Part shown: positions 54,612 through 64,000 of the stretch, piece after piece
Numbering within the stretch: position 1 is the stretch's first letter
Layout: every line of letters starts with the position of its first letter
Translations under genes and position numbers: made by a program
NCBI RefSeq assembly: GCF_009914755.1
Contig: NC_060939.1
Length of the DNA: 64,000 nt
Origin: the human T2T-CHM13v2.0 reference genome, Homo sapiens
Reading direction: 5' to 3' (one strand)
Notes under the pieces: generated by a model
Seen by the model: only the letters and a program-made list of their open reading frames with translations
Databases searched by the model: none
Told to the model about the DNA's origin: nothing

Positions 54612-55954
54612 GTCTGTCTGTCCGTCTGTCTGTCTCGGTCTCTGGCTCTCGCTATCTCCCGCCCTCTCTTTTTTTGCAAAAGAAGCTCAAGTACATCTAA
54701 TCTAATCCCTTACCAAGGCCTGAATTCTTCACTTCTGACATCCCAGATTTGATCTCCCTACAGAATGCTGTACAGAACTGGCGAGTTGATTTCTGGACTT
54801 GGATACCTCATAGAAACTACATATGAATAAAGATCCAATCCTAAAATCTGGGGTGGCTTCTCCCTCGACTGTCTCGAAAAATCGTACCTCTGTTCCCCTA
54901 GGATGCCGGAAGAGTTTTCTCAATGTGCATCTGCCCGTGTCCTAAGTGATCTGTGACCGAGCCCTGTCCGTCCTGTCTCAAATATGTACGTGCAAACACT
55001 TCTCTCCATTTCCACAACTACCCACGGCCCCTTGTGGAACCACTGGCTCTTTGAAAAAAATCCCAGAAGTGGTTTTGGCTTTTTGGCTAGGAGGCCTAAG
55101 CCTGCTGAGAACTTTCCTGCCCAGGATCCTGTGTGACCAAAAGTGCCTCTGCTGGGAGCTGGGATCCTCGGGACCATGCTTGCTAGCGCTGGATGAGTCT
55201 CTGGAAGGACGCACGGGACTCCGCAAAGCTGACCTGTCCCACCGAGGTCAAATGGATACCTCTGCATTGGCCCGAGGCCTCCGAAGTACATCACCGTCAC
55301 CAACCGTCACCGTCAGCATCCTTGTGAGCCTGCCCAAGGCCCCGCCTCCGGGGAGACTCTTGGGAGCCCGGCCTTCGTCGGCTAAAGTCCAAAGGGATGG
55401 TGACTTCCACCCACAAGGTCCCCACTGAACGGCGAAGATGTGGAGCGTAGGTCAGAGAGGGGACCAGGAGGGGAGACGTCCCGACAGGCGACGAGTTCCC
55501 AAGGCTCTGGCCACCCCACCCACGCCCCACGCCCCACGTCCCGGGCACCCGCGGGACACCGCCGCTTTATCCCCTCCTCTGTCCACAGCCGGCCCCACCC
55601 CACCACGCAACCCACGCACACACGCTGGAGGTTCCAAAACCACACGGTGTGACTAGAGCCTGACGGAGCGAGAGCCCATTTCACGAGGTGGGAGGGGTGG
55701 GGGTGGGGTGGGTTGGGGGTTGTGGGGTCTGTGGCGAGCCCGATTCTCCCTCTTGGGTGGCTACAGGCTAGAAATGAATATCGCTTCTTGGGCGGAGGGG
55801 CTTCCTTAGGCCATCACCGCTTGCGGGACTACCTCTCAAACCCTCCCTTGAGGCCACAAAATAGATTCCACCCCACCCATCGACGTTTCCCCCGGGTGCT
55901 GGATGTATCCTGTCAAGAGACCTGAGCCTGACACCGTCGAATTAAACACCTTGA

Positions 55955-56143
<189 letters not shown>

Positions 56144-56234
56144 TAGACACGGGGTTTCACCCTCTTTCATTGGTTTTCACTGGAGATTCTAGATTCGAGC
56201 CACACCTCATTCCGTGCCACAGAGAGACTTCTTT

Positions 56235-59200
56235 TTTTTTTTTTTTTTAAGCGCAACGCAACATGTCTGCCTTATTTGAGTGGCTTCCTATATCATTATA
56301 ATTGTGTTATAGATGAAGAAACGGTATTAAACACTGTGCTAATGATAGTGAAAGTGAAGACAAAAGAAAGGCTATCTATTTTGTGGTTAGAATAAAGTTG
56401 CTCAGTATTTAGAGCTACCTAAATACGTCAGCATTTACACTCTTCCTAGTAAAAGCTGGCCAATCTGAATAATCCTCCTTTAAACAAACACAATTTTTGA
56501 TAGGGTTAAGATTTTTTTAAGAATGCGACTCCTGCAAAATAGCTGAACAGACGATACACATTTAAAAAAATAACAACACAAGGATCAACCAGACTTGGGA
56601 AAAAATCGAAAACCACACAAGTCTTATGAAGAACTGAGTTCTTAAAATAGGACGGAGAACGTAGCTATCGGAAGAGAAGGCAGTATTGGCAAGTTGATTG
56701 TTACGTTGGTCAGCAGTAGCTGGCACTATCTTTTTGGCCATCTTTCGGGCAATGTAACTACTACAGCAAAATGAGATATGATCCATGAAACAACATATTC
56801 GCAAATCAAAAAGTGTTTCAGTAATATAATGCTTCAGATTTAGAAGCAAATCAAATGATAGAACTCCACTGCTGTAATAAGTCACCCCAAAGATCACCGT
56901 ATCTGACAAAATAACTACCACAGGGTTATGACTTCAGAATCATACTTTCTCTTGATATTTACTTATGTATGTATTTATTTTTTTTAATTTATTTCTCTTG
57001 AGACGGCGTCTCGCTCTGTCGCCCAGGCTGGAGTGCGATGGTGTGATCTCGGCTCACTGCAACCGCCACCTCCCTGGGTTCAAGCGATTCTCCTGCCTCA
57101 GCCTCCCGAGTAGCTGGGACTACAGGTGCCCGCCACCACGCCCAGCTAATCTTTATACTTTTAATAGAGACGGGGTTTCACCGTGTCGGCCCGGATGGTC
57201 TCGATCTCTTGACCTCGTGACCCGCCCGCCTCGGCCTCCCAAAGTGCTGGGATGACAGGCGTGAGCCACTGAGCCCGGCCTTCTCTTGACGTTTAAACTA
57301 TGAAGTCAGTCCAGAGAAACGCAATAAATGTCAACGGTGAGGATGGTGTTGAGGCAGAAGTAGGACCACACTTTTTCCTATCTTATTCAGTTGATAACAA
57401 TATGACCTAGGTAGTAATTTCCTATGTGCCTACTTATACACGAGTACAAAAGAGTAAAACAGAGAGACTGCTAAATTAAAGGGTACGTGAAGTTCTTCAT
57501 AGTAACTCCGTAAACTGGAACACTGTCAAAAAGCAGCAGCTAGTGAATTGTTTCCATGTATTTTTCTATTATCCAATAAGTGAACTATGCTATTCCTTTC
57601 CAGTCTCCCAAGCACTTCTTGTCCCCATCACCACTTCGGTGCTCGAAGAAAAAGTAACAAATCAAGGAACACAACTAAAGAAACACACACACAAACCAAA
57701 GACAACTACAGCGTCTGCAAAAGTTTGCTAGAAGACTGAAACTGTTGAGTATAAGGATCTGGTATTCTACGATGATCATGAGTTCACTTCAGAGTTTGTT
57801 CAAGACATACGTTTCGTAAGGAAACATCTTAGTTAGAAGTTATTCAGCAGTAGGTACCATCCCTAAGTATTTTTCACCAAATTCGTGACAATAAAGAGCT
57901 ATCTAACCAGAAAAATTAGCGAGTACCGGCACCATCCATAGGGCTTTGTCTTTACGCTTCATTAGCACTTACCATGCCTTACAATGTCTAGGATTGACCC
58001 TGATAGCATTTCGAAAACAAGCTAATGCTTTGTCCAGTTCTTCAGTGAAGACAAGCTCACGCCCTAATGCGCTATAGGCATAAGCATCATTTGGATCCAC
58101 TTCGAGAGTTCTCTGGAAGAATTGAATCGCAATATCGTGTTCCCGTTGCAGACCGAAACAGTTCCCTGCAGCACACCAGGCCTCTGGCTGGCGAATTTTT
58201 ATCCATGTCTGTGAAGTCTTTGGACAGAACTGAAAGAGCAACCTCTTTCGGAGGATGCCAAAGTGTTGTAGAGTAGATCTCCATGCCTTCGACTCTGTAA
58301 TTCTCAATCCTCCTAACCTCTGAGAATTGTCTTTCAGCTTGCGTGGACTCTGAAAGTTTACAATAGGCCCTTCCGATTTGGCACAGTACCCAACCGGTAT
58401 TGCAGTGGTGAGAAGCTAGATGGCTCAAGATGCTGATAGCTTCTTTGCCGTGGTAAGAACACAAAGCTAAATAACCTTTCCCCCTTTCACGAAGAAGGCT
58501 CATCAAGCCTTCCGCTGCTGCTTTTTGTAGATTAAAAGCCTGAATCTGAGGCGCGATTGCGGCTATTTTCCCTTCTGAAATGACGGAAGAGTCCAATTTT
58601 GTCACTTCCAGGCTATCACTTATGTTCGGTGGAGTTATTGCTCCTTTATTAGTTTTACTTTTGGTTCTTCTGTTTGGGATTTTAGGTGGAAACTTCATTT
58701 TTAATTTTCTCCTATTCTCCTCGGTTGTGGAGCTGTCACTAGTCAAGAGTCGTGAATTTCTTCGAGGCGGTGCATTTGGGGGAGATGCCATAGTGGGGCT
58801 CAATACCTGAGGTGTTGCCCTTGTCGGCGGACCAGAACTTTGTGTTTTTGCAAGGACTGGAGTTACCTTTCGGCTCTTTCCCCTCTGCGAGAAGACAGAC
58901 GGTGTTCCGGTTTGGCCGATTCTGGCAACAGGCTTTTTTGAAGGGGCTCCGGTGGATGGCACGTCAATGACAGACGGTGTCTCATACCAGTGCAGTTTTG
59001 TCAATAGGGTCCGTCTCCGGGACTTGGGGTTTCTAATGGCAAAATGCCAACACTTGGGGTTAATGGACTAACAGCTGCTGGTCCTCCTAATAAACTTCGA
59101 CCAGTTTTTGGTTTATGTTGAACCTGTTTAGATCATATGGAAGTTCCTGTTCCCAGTGGGACAGTATCAGGTGAAAGGACAGCTGAATCGATAGAAGACA

Positions 59201-60029
59201 CTGGGGAGTCTGTATTCAAGGAGTACTTTGAATTGGAAGATTCTAAATTCCATCCGTTTCATTCGACGGTGTCCTGGGGTGTTTCCGTAAGAACGGTCTC
59301 GGGCTGTCTGTGACATAAACTAGGACGAGGTCCAAGTGTTGTGGCGCAACACTTGGACAGGCAGTTGCTAAAGCTCTCTAGAGAGGTGAATCAAAATGTT
59401 TGGTCAGGATCTGGCTTTTCCCCCCTATTTCACATCATGATTCAAAGGGACACCAGAGGAAAGGATTTCAACGAAGGCTCTTTTGGTCACATTCTGATCC
59501 TTTGGTAAGCCGATCTGTCTTGCAATATACATGTCCCGACGATGGAAGGGGAAAGCGAGCTGAATCACCAAACTCAGGAACGATAATATCATCGTGGCTT
59601 TTCTGCTTATGAAACACTCCACCCGATAAGATTTGATCCCCTTCTGCAAGCTTGCTGAGATCAACACAACATTTCGCAAGCAGGCATTTGCATTGCGGGG
59701 TAGTACAACTGTGTCCTTTCAAGAGTCTATATGTTTTATAGGCCTTTCCTGAGCGGTAAGAACAGGTCGCCAGTAAGAACAAGGCTTCTTCTGAGTGTAC
59801 TTCTGCATAAAGGCGTTCTGCGGGGGAAACCGCATCTCGGTAGGCATAGTGGTTTAGTGCTTGCCATATAGCAGCCTGGACGGGTCCCTGCAGCACCGCC
59901 ATCCTCGAGGCTCAGGCCCACTTTCTGCAGTGCCACAGGCACCCCCCCCCCCATAGCGGCTCCGGCCCGGCCAGCCCCGGCTCATTTAAAGGCACCAGCC
60001 GCCGTTACCGGGGGATGGGGGAGTCCGAG
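56235..60029 (-). pseudogene. CDC27P: CDC27 retropseudogene, copy 2 (next rDNA unit)
   Basis: Same ORF fragments at offset +44929. Confidence 0.95.
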
Positions 60030-60819
60030 ACAGAATGACTTCTTTATCCTGCTGACTCTGGAAAGCCCGGCGCCTTGTGATCCATTGCAAACCGAGAGTC
60101 ACCTCGTGTTTAGAACACGGATCCACTCCCAAGTTCAGTGGGGGGATGTGAGGGGTGTGGCAGGTAGGACGAAGGACTCTCTTCCTTCTGATTCGGTCTG
60201 CACAGTGGGGCCTAGGGCTGGAGCTCTCTCCGTGCGGACCGCTGACTCCCTCTACCTTGGGTTCCCTCGGCCCCACCCTGGAACGCCGGGCCTTGGCAGA
60301 TTCTGGCCCTTCCTGGCCCTTCAGTCGCTGTCAGAAACCCCATCTCATGCTCGGATGCCCCGAGTGACTGTGGCTCGCACCTCTCCGGAAACATTGGAAA
60401 TCTCTCCTCTACGCGCGGCCACCTGAAACCACAGGAGCTCGGGACACACGTGCTTTCGGGAGAGAATGCTGAGAGTCTCTTGCCGACTCTCTCTTGACTT
60501 GAGTTCTTCGTGGGTGCGTGGTTAAGACGTAGTGAGACCAGATGTATTAACTCAGGCCGGGTGCTGGTGGCTCACGCCTGTAACCCCAACACTTTGGGAG
60601 GCCGAGGCCGTAGGATCCCTCGAGGAATCGCCTAACCCTGGGGAGGTTGAGGTTGCAGTGAGTGAGCCATAGTTGTGTCACTGTGCTCCAGTCTGGGCGA
60701 AAGACAGAATGAGGCCCTGCCACAGGCAGGCAGGCAGGCAGGCAGGCAGAAAGACAACAGCTGTATTATGTTCTTCTCAGGGTAGGAAGCAAAAATAACA
60801 GAATACAGCACTTAATTAA

Positions 60820-60942
<123 letters not shown>

Positions 60943-61164
60943 TGAGTAGCTGGGATTACAGGGAGGAGCCACCACACCCAGCTGATTTTGTATTGTTAGT
61001 AGAGACGGCATTTCTCCATGTGGGTCAGGCTGGTCTCGAACTGGCGACCCCAGTGGATCTGCCCGCCCCGGCCTCCCAAAGTGCTGGGGTGACAGGCGTG
61101 AGCCATCGTGACTGGCCGGCTACGTTTATTTATTTATTTTTTTAATTATTTTACTTTTTTTTAG

Positions 61165-61423
<259 letters not shown>

Positions 61424-62681
61424 TAGCCAGGATGGTCTCGATCTCCTGACCCCGTGATCCGTCCACCTCGGCCTCCCAAAGTGCTGGGATGACAGGCGTG
61501 AGCCACCGCCCCCGGCCTATTTATCTATTTATTAACTTTGAGTCCAGGTTATGAAACCAGTTAGTTTTTGTAATTTTTTTTTTTTTTTTTTTTTTTTGAG
61601 ACGAGGTTTCACCGTGTTGCCAAGGCTTGGACCGAGGGATCCACCGGCCCTCGGCCTCCCAAAAGTGCGGGGATGACAGGCGCGAGCCTACCGCGCCCGG
61701 ACCCCCCCTTTCCCCTTCCCCCGCTTGTCTTCCCGACAGACAGTTTCACGGCAGAGCGTTTGGCTGGCGTGCTTAAACTCATTCTAAATAGAAATTTGGG
61801 ACGTCAGCTTCTGGCCTCACGGACTCTGAGCCGAGGAGTCCCCTGGTCTGTCTATCACAGGACCGTACACGTAAGGAGGAGAAAAATCGTAACGTTCAAA
61901 GTCAGTCATTTTGTGATACAGAAATACACGGATTCACCCAAAACACAGAAAGCAGTCTTTTAGAAATGGCCTTAGCCCTGGTGTCCGTGCCAGTGATTCT
62001 TTTCGGTTTGGACCTTGACTGAGAGGATTCCCAGTCGGTCTCTCGTCTCTGGACGGAAGTTCCAGATGATCCGATGGGTGGGGGACTTAGGCTGCGTCCC
62101 CCCAGGAGCCCTGGTCGATTAGTTGTGGGGATCGCCTTGGAGGGCGCGGTGACCCACTGTGCTGTGGGAGCCTCCATCCTTCCCCCCACCCCCTCCCCAG
62201 GGGATCCCAATTCATTCCGGGCTGACACGCTCACTGGCAGGCGTCGGGCATCACCTAGCGGTCACTGTTACTCTGAAAACGGAGGCCTCACAGAGGAAGG
62301 GAGCACCAGGCCGCCTGCGCACAGCCTGGGGCAACTGTGTCTTCTCCACCGCCCCCGCCCCCACCTCCAAGTTCCTCCCTCCCTTGTTGCCTAGGAAATC
62401 GCCACTTTGACGACCGGGTCTGATTGACCTTTGATCAGGCAAAAACGAACAAACAGATAAATAAATAAAATAACACAAAAGTAACTAACTAAATAAAATA
62501 AGTCAATACAACCCATTACAATACAATAAGATACGATACGATAGGATGCGATAGGATACGATAGGATACAATACAATACGATACGATACGATACAATACA
62601 ATACAATACAATACAATACAATACAATACAATACAATACAATACAATACAATACGCCGGGCGCGGTGGCTCATGCCTGTCA

Positions 62682-62933
<252 letters not shown>

Positions 62934-63197
62934 TCAAAAATAAATACATAAATAAATACATACATACATACATACATACATACATACATAAATTAAAATA
63001 AATAAATAAAATAAAATAAATAAATGGGCCCTGCGCGGTGGCTCAAGCCTGTCATCCCCTCACTTTGGGAGGCCAAGGCCGGTGGATCAAGAGGCGGTCA
63101 GACCAACAGGGCCAGTATGGTGAAACCCCGTCTCTACTCACAATACACAACATTAGCCGGGCGCTGTGCTGTGCTGTACTGTCTGTAATCCCAGCTA

Positions 63198-63491
<294 letters not shown>

Positions 63492-64000
63492 TTAACTTCA
63501 TTTTATGTTATTATCATGATTGATGTTTCGAGACGGAGTCTCGGAGGCCCGCCCTCCCTGGTTGCCCAGACAACCCCGGGAGACAGACCCTGGCTGGGCC
63601 CGATTGTTCTTCTCCTTGGTCAGGGGTTTCCTTGTCTTTCTTCGTGTCTTTAACCCGCGTGGACTCTTCCGCTCGGGTTTGACAGATGGCAGCTCCACTT
63701 TAGGCCTTGTTGTTGTTGGGGACTTTCCTGATTCTCCCCAGATGTAGTGAAAGCAGGTAGATTTGCCTTGCCTGGACTTGCCTGGCCTTGCCTTTTCTTT
63801 CTTTCTTTCTTTATTACTTTCTCTTTTTCTTCTTCTTCTTCTTCTTCTTCTTCTTCTTCTTCTTCTTCTTCTTCTTTTTTTTTTTGAGACAGAGTTTCAC
63901 TCTTGTTGCCCAGGCTAGAGGGCAATGGTGCGATCTCGGCTCACCGCACCCTCCGCCTCCCAGGTTCAAGCGATTCTCCTGCCTCAGCCTCCTGATTAGC

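Overview
This is a human-type ribosomal DNA array covering about 1.4 repeat units with a period of 44,929 bp; bases 1-19071 recur at 44930-64000. It holds one complete 47S transcription unit on the + strand: start 22272, 18S 25911-27779, 5.8S 28852-29008, 28S 30177-35247. Upstream are the Pol I promoter, T0 and the spacer-promoter region; downstream are 11 Sal-box terminators, most within three R repeats. The intergenic spacer (IGS) carries two ~4.5 kb long repeats with (TC)/(TCTG) blocks, more than 20 Alus or Alu fragments, an old L1 3'UTR fragment, many microsatellites and a CDC27 retropseudogene. No functional protein-coding gene is supported; the long ORFs come from low-complexity or GC-rich sequence. 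Three observations stand out. (1) The CDC27 retrocopy is ~3.8 kb, bounded by a target-site duplication, and appears to come from an intronically polyadenylated transcript. (2) The same TAA>TCA (TTA>TGA) substitution recurs in Alus, the L1 fragment and the pseudogene. (3) Three co-oriented, apparently paralogous CTCF-motif modules lie ~15 kb, ~5 kb and ~0.9 kb upstream of the start site. All comparisons with reference or consensus sequences are from memory and need alignment to confirm.
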